Below are positions 18,408-26,574 of a stretch of DNA of 26,574 nucleotides, one piece after another. The DNA comes from Pseudobacteriovorax sp. (GTDB taxonomy: Bacteria > Bdellovibrionota_B > Oligoflexia > Oligoflexales > Oligoflexaceae). Where the stretch lies: positions 1-26,574 of the forward strand of contig JBNKNM010000061.1 in NCBI GenBank assembly GCA_050293845.1, written 5' to 3'. The stretch's first letter is position 1; each line of letters opens with the position of its first letter. The notes under the pieces are model-generated. The model had not been told where the DNA came from. It made no database searches and was given only the letters and a program-made list of their open reading frames with translations. A program made the position numbers and the translations under genes.

Positions 18408-20438
18408 ATGAAACTTAAAAATGTCATTAGCACTGCCGGCCTCACTGCTCTGGTGGCCTGCGGGAGCAAGCCACAGCAATTACCATCTAATCTAGATGCA
18501 GAGATCGGCTATGAACAGCCAGAAATCGGACAGGTTTATAATTCCTATAGCGATGAATTTGAAAATAGTTCATGCGTGACCATTCCTGATAGCGTTTTAG
18601 CTGTTGATCCTCCTAAAGAAGGAGAAATCTTCTATAGCACTAATATAGAAGCCAAAGATGTCTTGGATAAAATAGGAGGTTCCGCTTCAGCTAAACTGGA
18701 CTTAGATGCCATTGATGCCAGTGGCTCCCTGAAAATTGCCAACGAAGCATCAGCCTCAAATTATGCTTCAACCCTAACCATTATCTATAGACTTGATGGT
18801 GGAAAACATTATATTAAAAATCAAGAGATCTCAAAACTTGCCTTGAACGAATACGGGCAACGCATCGCCAATGCAAACATGACCCAAAAGCAAAAAACTG
18901 AGCGTTGTGGAACAGGTTTTTTGTCGAGCTATGCTCTTAGTGGTAGTTTTATGGCTACACTACGTTTTGAATTTGCCAATGAATCTGATAAAAATAAGTT
19001 TGAAGGTAAGCTTAAAATTGCTATGGCTAAATTTGAAGGGGAAGGGGAAATTACTACAGATTTAAGAGAAGTAGCGAGTAAGGGTAGTGTTACATTGAAA
19101 GCCTTTCAAAGAGGTGGTGATGTTACACGTCTACCAGGGATTCTATCTGAAAACCTCACACGCTGCGATGTCGGTAATAAGGAAGCTTGTCTCAGAGCAT
19201 TTGAGCAAATCCGACAATATGTGACTAACGACTTTCCTAGCCAGTTTCAGTATGAAGATGGTGGCTTAAACCCGCGATCTTTTTGGTTTAAAGATCCACA
19301 TTTTACCGACTATCGCGTTGTGAGTGAGTCCTTTGATCCTAAAGTACCAACCCCGGATATGCTAAGAGCTTTAACCGAAACTCGCAAGACCCTTAACGAT
19401 CGTTTTCTCATTGAATTAAGCGATAAAAACAGAGTCCGGGCCCTCCTTAAATCAGGCTTTGTCAAAGATCTTGAGCAGCGCGAGCAATTATTTGATTTGC
19501 AAGAAGCTTTCGACAGTCGATTGCGGGTCGTGGCTGAGGCTCTCAGTAAATGCTACGCTATTGCCGATAACTCACAACCTTGTGAACAGGCTGCTACATC
19601 CTACGAAACCGATCTCAGCAAGCACCCTGTGGACTACTCCTTACTTACCGTACTGCCCGAAAGTTTTCTCGATTACTGCGCTCAACTCAGCGCCTGGTTC
19701 ACTTTACAGCACGGCCCCGATAGCAACCCCGCCCAGGCCCAACTGGTTCTTGCTAATGATACTATCAAGACCTTACAATCCTTGCTCAATGTGGAGGAAG
19801 TGGCTAACCAAATCTTCAGGGGCGCGACTTTTGATGCTAATTATACCTCTAGCGCCACCACTAGTAACGTTTGGGGACCTCTTTCTGAATATTATGTTTG
19901 CCCGACTCTGGACTGGTATGTTTCATATATCGATAATACCCTTGATCTATCTAATCAAAGGCTCAGAGACTTTGAACCATTAGCCTCGGTTCCCTTTGTC
20001 GAAAATCTGATACTGAATGGTAACCAGTACAAATATGGAATGCAAACCATTGGCAAGCTTAAATATCTTACGCGTTTAGAACTAAAAGACTCCTTCATCA
20101 CCACCCTCAAAGGTATCAATAATGGCATTTTGGAAGTACTTGATCTTAGCGAGAATTTCATTCGCGAAAACCAGCTTGAGTATTTACAAAATATGACATT
20201 AACCAGTCTCAATTTAAAGAATAATAAGATTCGTAAGCTAGATGGATTAAAAAATCTACCATTTCTGGAATCTCTTAATTTAGTAGGGAACCCGCTTAAA
20301 GCCGGGGAAATTGTCGCCTTTATAGATGCTATCGATAGCGAATTGGGCTCAACACCGCAGGTTGTCTTTAATGGTAGGGAGTGCTCCAAAGCACTTGGAG
20401 AAATCACCAATAATCAAGAGTTACTTTTCTGTATCTAG
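18408..20438 (+). CDS. Lipoprotein with MACPF/CDC-like domain plus C-terminal LRRs (gene B)
   Basis: Lipobox LVA-C, then IGQVY, CGTGF-x6-SG, QRGGD, a FLDYC cap and about 6 LxxLxLxxN repeats. AAGGAG RBS overlaps the gene A stop. Confidence 0.65.
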   Translation: MKLKNVISTAGLTALVACGSKPQQLPSNLDAEIGYEQPEIGQVYNSYSDEFENSSCVTIPDSVLAVDPPKEGEIFYSTNIEAKDVLDKIGGSASAKLDLDAIDASGSLKIANEASASNYASTLTIIYRLDGGKHYIKNQEISKLALNEYGQRIANANMTQKQKTERCGTGFLSSYALSGSFMATLRFEFANESDKNKFEGKLKIAMAKFEGEGEITTDLREVASKGSVTLKAFQRGGDVTRLPGILSENLTRCDVGNKEACLRAFEQIRQYVTNDFPSQFQYEDGGLNPRSFWFKDPHFTDYRVVSESFDPKVPTPDMLRALTETRKTLNDRFLIELSDKNRVRALLKSGFVKDLEQREQLFDLQEAFDSRLRVVAEALSKCYAIADNSQPCEQAATSYETDLSKHPVDYSLLTVLPESFLDYCAQLSAWFTLQHGPDSNPAQAQLVLANDTIKTLQSLLNVEEVANQIFRGATFDANYTSSATTSNVWGPLSEYYVCPTLDWYVSYIDNTLDLSNQRLRDFEPLASVPFVENLILNGNQYKYGMQTIGKLKYLTRLELKDSFITTLKGINNGILEVLDLSENFIRENQLEYLQNMTLTSLNLKNNKIRKLDGLKNLPFLESLNLVGNPLKAGEIVAFIDAIDSELGSTPQVVFNGRECSKALGEITNNQELLFCI

Positions 20439-20448
20439 CGAATAGAAC

Positions 20449-20470
20449 GATAGGGAGGTAACTCCCTATC
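20449..20470 (+). other. Perfect intra-operon hairpin with GNRA tetraloop
   Basis: GATAGGGAG-GTAA-CTCCCTATC forms a 9-bp stem with no U-tract. Confidence 0.7.
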
Positions 20471-20488
20471 ATGGAAGCGAGGAATTCT

Positions 20489-22492
20489 ATGCAACGTTAT
20501 ATATTATTTTTCATGTTATGTTTCGCTTGTGGTAGACCCACAGAGTTTTCCCATAATAAAACTATTATATCAAACCAAGCAGGAGACATAGGCATCTTAG
20601 GAATGGGGTATAACGTTGATACAGGACGCTTCACCGGTAATCGATGTTTTGCAGGAGGCGAATTTATCGATATCCCAGGTCGCGAAGCGACCCTGAATAT
20701 TGAGCGTAATCTTAGTTATCAAGAACTTAGTAAAGCCCTATCTGGCTCCATAAGTCTTAAAGTCAATGTATATCCTGGCATTAAGGCCACTGGCCAAGCA
20801 CACTTCGCCAGTGAAAATGCTAGTTCCAAGTTCAATGAAACGTTCACACTTATTTTCAAGGCTCAATCTAGCAGGCATCGACTCTATGTCCAAGATCCTA
20901 TGAGCGATGATATAAAGGGCACTCCAGTATTACAAAGGTTGTTCCAAGCCAGGGATGATTATCAGTGGAACCAGGAAGAGTTTGAGAAGCAACTCAAGAC
21001 AGTATGTGGCGATGAATATGTCGCCTATATGGAAAAAGGAATATCTCTTATTGCCACATTAAAGTTTGAGTTTACCAATGAATATGACAAGAAAGCCTTC
21101 GGTGGTTCCCTTGGTGTTGAAGTTTTAGAAGGTATTGCCAGTGGTAACATCGACGTGGGGCTGGAAAACAGTAAAGCAAACTCCAAAGTCAATATAAGTC
21201 TATCCATTTTTCAAAAAGGAGGGAATGCACAAAGACTATTAGAAATTTTTCAAAGTCAATCTGAGGAGCATGATATCGACCCTGTTTTACAGTGTACCAT
21301 GGAAAATCGGAATCAGTGTATCACTGTATTTAGAAATCTTTTAAATCACGCCAAACAGATTAAAGGTGATGTTTTACAGTCATCAACAGATTTTCCCAAT
21401 GGTGAGATCAGTACCTACGAAACCCAGCCATATCCCGCTGTAGGAATTTTTACTGCCATCAAGGGACAAGTCGATCCGGAAGAAAGATTAAAGCTCGCAG
21501 AAAATTTGAGTTTACTGCGTTTGAGGCTATTAAAGTGGGGAGGACAATCAGAAGCTGACAAGTACAGGGCTAACATATTACAGCACAAGATGGCCTTAGA
21601 TTTTTCAAATCGTCCCGAGCTTCTTGCAAAAATCAAACAGGTAGAAACTAAGGCTGACTATCTACAAGAACTAGTCAATAAGGGTATGTTAGCCTGCAGT
21701 CCCTCACAGCAAATTGCTTTGGATACCTGCCAAGAGATGGTTAATCTTGCTGAAAAGCAGGCAGGATATGACCGATCAGTGTTGAATTTCTTACCAGATC
21801 AATTCTACTCTTGGTGTGTTCTAGCCCATAGCCAAGACCATCTGAATAGGAACAATGGATTAACCGTTGAAGGCATATTGACTACCATAGGTTTAGATTT
21901 TGATGATAAGCTGACTTTAGAAAATGATGCCGACGTCATTAATGATTTTTGTACACAGGCAAACCAAAGAGCTATGGCATTAGAAGAGCTTGATCTTAGT
22001 TTTGAGCATATTCATATACCTATTTCATCTTTTCTTCCTATAACGTCGCTTACCCAATTAAAGCATATTCGCATCAATGATCAAAATTTAGCATCTATTC
22101 CACAGCTTAAGAATTTCCGTAGCCTTGAATCCTTATCTTTAAACCGCAACAGAATCACGAGTTTTGATGATTTTGTCTGTTTATCCCTTTATGGTGAAAA
22201 AGCTCTCAGTTTAGCGGCAAACTATTTTACTGAATTGTTGATGCCTGAAGGTAGTTGTGGAACAGGAAGCTCTTGGTCTACCATAGATCTATCCTGGAAC
22301 GAAATTGAAACTATTAATGAAATCAAACAAATAGATTTAACCTTTATCAACCTGGAAGGAAATTTTCTCTCCGATACCACAGATTATTCTTCTTTCAATA
22401 GTGGTAGCTATCAGATTAACTTGAAAGATAACTTTATTGATGGTTGCCCGTTAGACCAGGAAGATCGATGCACAAGGAGTCAAGCACCATGA
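20489..22492 (+). CDS. Probable lipoprotein with MACPF/CDC-like domain plus C-terminal LRRs (gene C)
   Basis: MQRYILFFMLCFA-C signal, then LGMGY, CGDEY-x6-GI-like motif, QKGGN, a FYSWC cap and LRRs. ATG 20489 follows GAGGA (ORF track start is 20471). Confidence 0.65.
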   Translation: MQRYILFFMLCFACGRPTEFSHNKTIISNQAGDIGILGMGYNVDTGRFTGNRCFAGGEFIDIPGREATLNIERNLSYQELSKALSGSISLKVNVYPGIKATGQAHFASENASSKFNETFTLIFKAQSSRHRLYVQDPMSDDIKGTPVLQRLFQARDDYQWNQEEFEKQLKTVCGDEYVAYMEKGISLIATLKFEFTNEYDKKAFGGSLGVEVLEGIASGNIDVGLENSKANSKVNISLSIFQKGGNAQRLLEIFQSQSEEHDIDPVLQCTMENRNQCITVFRNLLNHAKQIKGDVLQSSTDFPNGEISTYETQPYPAVGIFTAIKGQVDPEERLKLAENLSLLRLRLLKWGGQSEADKYRANILQHKMALDFSNRPELLAKIKQVETKADYLQELVNKGMLACSPSQQIALDTCQEMVNLAEKQAGYDRSVLNFLPDQFYSWCVLAHSQDHLNRNNGLTVEGILTTIGLDFDDKLTLENDADVINDFCTQANQRAMALEELDLSFEHIHIPISSFLPITSLTQLKHIRINDQNLASIPQLKNFRSLESLSLNRNRITSFDDFVCLSLYGEKALSLAANYFTELLMPEGSCGTGSSWSTIDLSWNEIETINEIKQIDLTFINLEGNFLSDTTDYSSFNSGSYQINLKDNFIDGCPLDQEDRCTRSQAP

Positions 22493-24477
22493 ATTATCTT
22501 CAAATAATCTTTGCAAAACTTATCTCGGTATATATATTTATTCTGCTAGCAAGCCCCGGATTTGCTGGCAATCTATATGATCCTGTTCTTGGGGAAGGTT
22601 ATCGGATCACCAATCAATTACATACTAATCATAGCTGCCTTGAGATTCCCTCAACTGCTATTGAAGTCATAGCTCCTAAGGTCGGCCAAGTCAAATATGT
22701 TGTTAACAGTGAATTGGATGAACTGCATGATCTATTTGATGGAAGAGTGGCTCTTAAATTAGCTCTTGGTGGCTTCGAGCTTGACGCAGAGGTTCAATTT
22801 GCAGCAGAACATTCAAACGAAAACCTAACCTCTTCTCTAACAATACTAGCTAAGTTTGAAAATGGTAAAGCCTGGCTAAAACCCAGCGCTATTTTGCAAC
22901 TCAATGCAGCTGGTAGCTCTCTTGTAGCACAGCCAGAATCATTTTTTTCTCATTGTGGAACCCACTACCTGAGCACCTATGAGTTAAGCGCCTATGCATT
23001 AGCCTCTCTCGTGTTTACCTTTAGTAATGAGACAGATAAACTCAATTTTGATGCGCGCCTCAAGGTGGCAATCAGCGGTTTGGGGGAAGCAGAAGCTACT
23101 GTAGGTGTGGCCTTGGCCGAACTTGCTGGAAATGGTAGCGTCCGCTTTCATGCTATTCAAAGGGGAGGTGATCCCAGTCAATTATCAACTGTCATAGATA
23201 GTGGCCTTGTCGATTGTAGTACCAGCAACCAAGCTCCATGCTTTCAAGCTTTTGCAGAAGCACTCAACTATATTAAAAGCACCTTTCCCCAACAATTCAA
23301 AAATTCAGAAGGTGAGATAGACCCTCAATATTTTCAGCATTCCAGACCAAACTACAAAGCTTACAAGTATGTAGCACCTGAGTTAGAAGCATTTTCATTA
23401 CCGCAAGCAGATATCAGATTACTGGAAATTTTTCGAGAAGAGTACGCTGCCACTATTCTAACAGAACTTGGCAATCGCAACTATGCCAAAGCAGTGGCTA
23501 CAGCACCATCGTCCGATTCCACACTCATAGCAGAAGCTTACAACGTGATCGCAAAGATAGACAGCAAAATTACTATCCTTCAAGAAGCAATGAAAGTCTG
23601 TAACCAAGCCTCCTTCAATGGAATTCTATGCAAAAGCAGTATGGATAAAGCCTATACAAAAGCCAATGATATCACCTATGATATCGCTAAGCTGGTTGTG
23701 CTGAATCGAACCTTTCTCGATTTCTGCTCCTCTCTTCAAGTGTGGCAACAAGCCAAAGAAGCACAGAATGTTGATATTGATGAACTAGAATTTCTCATGC
23801 CTTGGACTCTGCGGGACTCTGTTATATCCATTATGAATAGCTCTGACTTTGCCGTAGCCCGTGACAACATGTTGATAGACCCTGATCTGACAAGTGACCA
23901 AAGTCGCGAAGGTTTTATAGGTATTAGCGCATTAAACTGCTCTCGAATTGCTATCGAATCTGTAGGTGTTACGACATTAGATTTTAACACAAACCCACTG
24001 CATAGTATTGAACCCATAGCGGTCCTTCCCAATATAAGGGAACTTAATTTATCACACGCTACACTGAGATCTGGCTGGGCTGGTCTTTTGAAGCTACAAA
24101 GCTTACGGAAATTGATTCTAGGGCATACTAAAATAAGGGGATTGCAAGGAATAAGAAATAGTCGTTTAATGTTTTTAGATGTTTCCGGAAATAACTATAT
24201 CAGAAGTCGCGACCTCCATCATATTAAGAATTTACCACGACTAGAGGTTCTTGATATATCTAAGCTAAGTCGCGTGAAAAGCCTAGAATACTTACCAGAA
24301 CATAGACGGCTGAAGCAACTGATTATCAAGCAAAGGAGCATCACAAACGACGAATTTGAAGTATTTTTACTTTCCTTGGATCGCCTACCACGCTTATCAA
24401 GCATTCGTTTGAGCAGCACAGACAAATTCTGTCAGGATCTTAGATTTGAACATATTATTCAATGTGAAGGAGAATAG
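22489..24477 (+). CDS. Secreted protein with MACPF/CDC-like domain plus basic C-terminal LRRs (gene D)
   Basis: ATGA overlap with the gene C stop and an AAGGAG RBS. SPI-type signal (PGFA|G), then LGEGY, FFSHCGTHY-x6-SA, QRGGD, a FLDFC cap and LRRs. Confidence 0.65.
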   Translation: MNYLQIIFAKLISVYIFILLASPGFAGNLYDPVLGEGYRITNQLHTNHSCLEIPSTAIEVIAPKVGQVKYVVNSELDELHDLFDGRVALKLALGGFELDAEVQFAAEHSNENLTSSLTILAKFENGKAWLKPSAILQLNAAGSSLVAQPESFFSHCGTHYLSTYELSAYALASLVFTFSNETDKLNFDARLKVAISGLGEAEATVGVALAELAGNGSVRFHAIQRGGDPSQLSTVIDSGLVDCSTSNQAPCFQAFAEALNYIKSTFPQQFKNSEGEIDPQYFQHSRPNYKAYKYVAPELEAFSLPQADIRLLEIFREEYAATILTELGNRNYAKAVATAPSSDSTLIAEAYNVIAKIDSKITILQEAMKVCNQASFNGILCKSSMDKAYTKANDITYDIAKLVVLNRTFLDFCSSLQVWQQAKEAQNVDIDELEFLMPWTLRDSVISIMNSSDFAVARDNMLIDPDLTSDQSREGFIGISALNCSRIAIESVGVTTLDFNTNPLHSIEPIAVLPNIRELNLSHATLRSGWAGLLKLQSLRKLILGHTKIRGLQGIRNSRLMFLDVSGNNYIRSRDLHHIKNLPRLEVLDISKLSRVKSLEYLPEHRRLKQLIIKQRSITNDEFEVFLLSLDRLPRLSSIRLSSTDKFCQDLRFEHIIQCEGE

Positions 24478-24479
24478 AC

Positions 24480-25649
24480 GTGTTAATTATGAAATTATTG
24501 GTTGGATTTTCTATTATTTTACTAGAAGGTCTAAGCTTTGGACAAGCTTGCGATGAATACACCATTATCCGAGGTGACACCTTCGACAGTATCTGTCGCG
24601 CCCATTTTACAGGTGATACTACAAATATTACCAGTTTTGATGCATATACTTTGAATCGCCTTTTTGATATCTATAAAAACGATACAGGGTATACCGGTTC
24701 TCCTCTTGATCGCTGTCAAGACCTACAGGAACACTGGCAGCAAAAAGAACTCGATCTCAGCCAGGGGGAAAGAGTATCTATTCCTGTCATCTTAAAATTG
24801 GTAGGTATCAGCTCTTTAAATCTGAGCCAGGCAAACTTAGAAAATTGTGATGTTCAAGAATTACTGGAGCGTAATAGCCGCTCTCAGCCTCTTAATAATA
24901 GCTTAGAGTCTCTTGATCTTTCCCAAAATAACTTAACAGATTTTGGTTTAGCTGATTTAGGAGGGTGGGATTCTCTAGTAACATTAAGTTTAGCCAATAA
25001 CAACTTACATATTGCCGATGATACCCCCATGTTTAGCTTAACTGGCTCTCATATTTACCATTTAAATCTCTCGGGAAATCATAATCTTGATATCGGGAGA
25101 GAATTTTTTACTGGGTTCTATATAGGTCTAGGTTATCTAAATGCTTCCGGAATTCGCAGCTTAGAAATTGATAGCGTGCTAGGAGGAACAATAGGTGTTC
25201 GTCTGAAGGTCCTTCAAGGTGATCATATTAATACCATTTTAAGTAGCGATATCAGCTTTAATAGTAGAGATTTGTTATTTCTTAATCTTCGCCATTCTAA
25301 TTTAACAGCCGATGCAGCCAGAAAAGTAGAGGACTTCATTAGGGGAGACACCTTGCCTAAATTTGCAACATTTTCCCTTATCGGCACAAGTCTTGATGGT
25401 CGTAACTATCCAGATCGTGAAGATGTTCCCTGGGAAGTTAGGGTTACATCATCTGCCGTTGCCTGTACTTTTCCAGCAGATAGGGAGGATATTACAACTT
25501 ATCCTACATTTCAGCTTCATAAGGGTTTTAATACAACAGGGAGGCTTACGAGTATGGGATTTTGCGGCCAGCTAGAAGCGGATTTTTTAGGGCTTAGCGC
25601 CAGCAATTTCCAAGTAGCATTCCCAAGAAGTGCAGCTATTTTTCGTTAA
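24480..25649 (+). CDS. Secreted stand-alone LRR protein (gene E)
   Basis: Signal peptide, cap TFDSIC..TLNRL..C..ELDLS, and repeats such as LESLDLSQNNL, LVTLSLANNNL and HLNLSGN. Starts 2 nt after the gene D stop. Confidence 0.75.
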   Translation: MLIMKLLVGFSIILLEGLSFGQACDEYTIIRGDTFDSICRAHFTGDTTNITSFDAYTLNRLFDIYKNDTGYTGSPLDRCQDLQEHWQQKELDLSQGERVSIPVILKLVGISSLNLSQANLENCDVQELLERNSRSQPLNNSLESLDLSQNNLTDFGLADLGGWDSLVTLSLANNNLHIADDTPMFSLTGSHIYHLNLSGNHNLDIGREFFTGFYIGLGYLNASGIRSLEIDSVLGGTIGVRLKVLQGDHINTILSSDISFNSRDLLFLNLRHSNLTADAARKVEDFIRGDTLPKFATFSLIGTSLDGRNYPDREDVPWEVRVTSSAVACTFPADREDITTYPTFQLHKGFNTTGRLTSMGFCGQLEADFLGLSASNFQVAFPRSAAIFR

Positions 25650-25685
25650 TTTTAGACATCTTCTTAAACATCGGATCTGCATACA

Positions 25686-25709
25686 TGACCTGATCCTTAG
25701 ATCGGGTCA
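25686..25709 (+). terminator. Hairpin after the operon (possible terminator)
   Basis: TGACCTGATC-CTTA-GATCGGGTCA forms a 10-bp stem. It lacks a U-tract and is followed by a C run. Confidence 0.4.
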
Positions 25710-25743
25710 GCCCCCCCCACTCTCATTGTCGATCTAGAAAGGA

Positions 25744-25780
25744 GTGAACTACTCGGCCCTAAAGGACCGAGCTTCCCATA
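25744..25780 (-). mobile_element. IS200/IS605 right end (3' part of the omegaRNA/reRNA scaffold)
   Basis: The minus strand reads GAAGCTCGGTCC-TTTA-GGGCCGAG-TAG-TTCAC, a subterminal hairpin plus TCAC terminus directly after the tnpB stop. Confidence 0.85.
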
Positions 25781-26116
25781 CTAAGCGGCTTCCGTCGCTT
25801 TTCTCTTCTTTTTTGACGCTTCTCTGCTACGTGCACGGGTTGCTTTCGCTTGCCGCGTCTTAGATGTAGCTCCACGTCCTGTATCCGCAAGAAGCACGCC
25901 TCTTTTGGACAACCCCGTTCCAGGGTGTAAAATAAGTTCTATGGCTCGCTTTTTGATAACCTCTGCCGCGTTGTGATCGGCATTATCAGTGTGACCACAA
26001 TTTTCGCATTGGAATCTATCCTGACTCTTACGATTATTGGGATGAGTGTGGCTGCAAGCGGCACACTCCTGAGAGGTTTGATAGGCTGGTACTTTAAACC
26101 AAGCTTTGCCCGCACG
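25781..26116 (-). pseudogene. tnpB: TnpB C-terminal fragment (Zn ribbon plus RuvC-III), 5'-truncated; missing from the ORF track
   Basis: Manual translation gives RAGKAWFKVPAYQTSQECAACSHTHPNNRKSQDRFQCENCGHTDNADHNAAEVIKKRA..., ending at TAG 25781-25783. Confidence 0.92.
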
Positions 26117-26574
26117 TGTAGAGGCCCATTAGAAACCGCGAGAATCTAACCATCCTGCCGAAAAAGTAATCATCGCTACCAATGATATTTTCCGACATCA
26201 CCTTTAAAAATGGCAAAGGCGCGGTCACCAATATTGCCAACGGGACCACGCCTTTTAACATACAAACCGGCGACACCGATTTTAAGAAGCTATCGGTAGG
26301 ACCGACCTACTTCCCGAGTAGCTTATGGCAAAAAAGCAGTTTGATAATAAAGGATTCAGGTTAAAGTGCCCGACATGTAAAGACTATTTCATAATCTGCT
26401 ACAGGTGCTACCGAGGCCACAGGTACTGTTCGAAGAGCTGTTCACAGGACGCACGCAAAAAGTCGCAGGCATTTGCTGATAAACGCTATCGTCGCAGTTC
26501 AGCTGGCAAACGGAAAAGACAGTTATCTCAGAATCGTTATCGTAAAAAACTAAAAAACGTGAACGATCATACTT
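26117..26574 (+). mobile_element. Left end of a probable IS21-like element inserted into tnpB
   Basis: TnpB similarity ends exactly at a 5'-TGTA. Imperfect spaced repeats (CACCTTTAAAAA, CACGCCTTTTAACA, CACCGATTTTAAGA) follow, then a Cys-rich ORF. Confidence 0.55.
26325..26574 (+). CDS. Small basic Cys-rich (zinc-finger-like) protein, runs off the window edge
   Basis: MAKKQFDNKGFRLKCPTCKDYFIICYRCYRGHRYCSKSCSQDARKK..RYRRSSAGKRKRQLSQNRYR... It resembles accessory ORFs I recall preceding istA in some IS21-like elements. Confidence 0.65.
   Translation, partial: MAKKQFDNKGFRLKCPTCKDYFIICYRCYRGHRYCSKSCSQDARKKSQAFADKRYRRSSAGKRKRQLSQNRYRKKLKNVNDHT

Noticed and set aside
19459..20410. 174-aa and 151-aa alternative-frame ORFs inside gene B, and similar shadow ORFs inside other genes
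   Set aside because: They lie wholly within well-supported genes and have no RBS or domain signal.
16949..24477. Alternative labels for genes A-D: gasdermin, canonical CDC/CDCL, or plain internalin
   Set aside because: Export signals argue against a cytoplasmic gasdermin. There is no CDC undecapeptide or YGR motif. An internalin label ignores the ~400-aa N-terminal region.
26094..26364. Two 60-aa ORFs in the ORF track
   Set aside because: They fall in the non-coding end of the inserted element. The real coding signals are the tnpB fragment and the ORF starting at 26325.
1..26574. CRISPR array, tRNA or rRNA genes
   Set aside because: No regularly spaced repeats, cloverleaf or rRNA signatures were seen by eye.

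Overview
Bacterial chromosomal window bounded by mobile-element debris. The left edge carries the 3' part of a DDE transposase and a truncated ycaQ/alkZ-like gene. The right edge carries a tnpB 3' fragment with an intact IS200/IS605 right end, interrupted by a probable IS21-like element. The left and middle parts encode recognisable families: nitroreductase, a Fur-boxed TonB-dependent receptor, a sigma54-type lipoprotein plus M36/M4 metalloprotease pair, DUF2905, cysteine synthase, monohaem cytochrome c, M19 dipeptidase, a ThDP enzyme plus FAD dehydrogenase pair, and dienelactone hydrolase. The standout is 15993-25649. A secreted phage-tail-fibre-like protein (collar plus HxH motifs) lies divergent from a tightly coupled five-gene operon. 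Four of these genes are exported paralogues whose N-terminal domain shows MACPF/CDC-like pore-forming motifs, and three of the four add C-terminal LRRs. The fifth gene encodes a stand-alone exported cap+LRR protein. I infer a candidate multi-subunit, complement-MAC-like pore system with LRR recognition modules. The fold is called from motifs by eye and needs structure prediction. The gene style suggests Oligoflexia/Bdellovibrionota, but that is a low-confidence inference.
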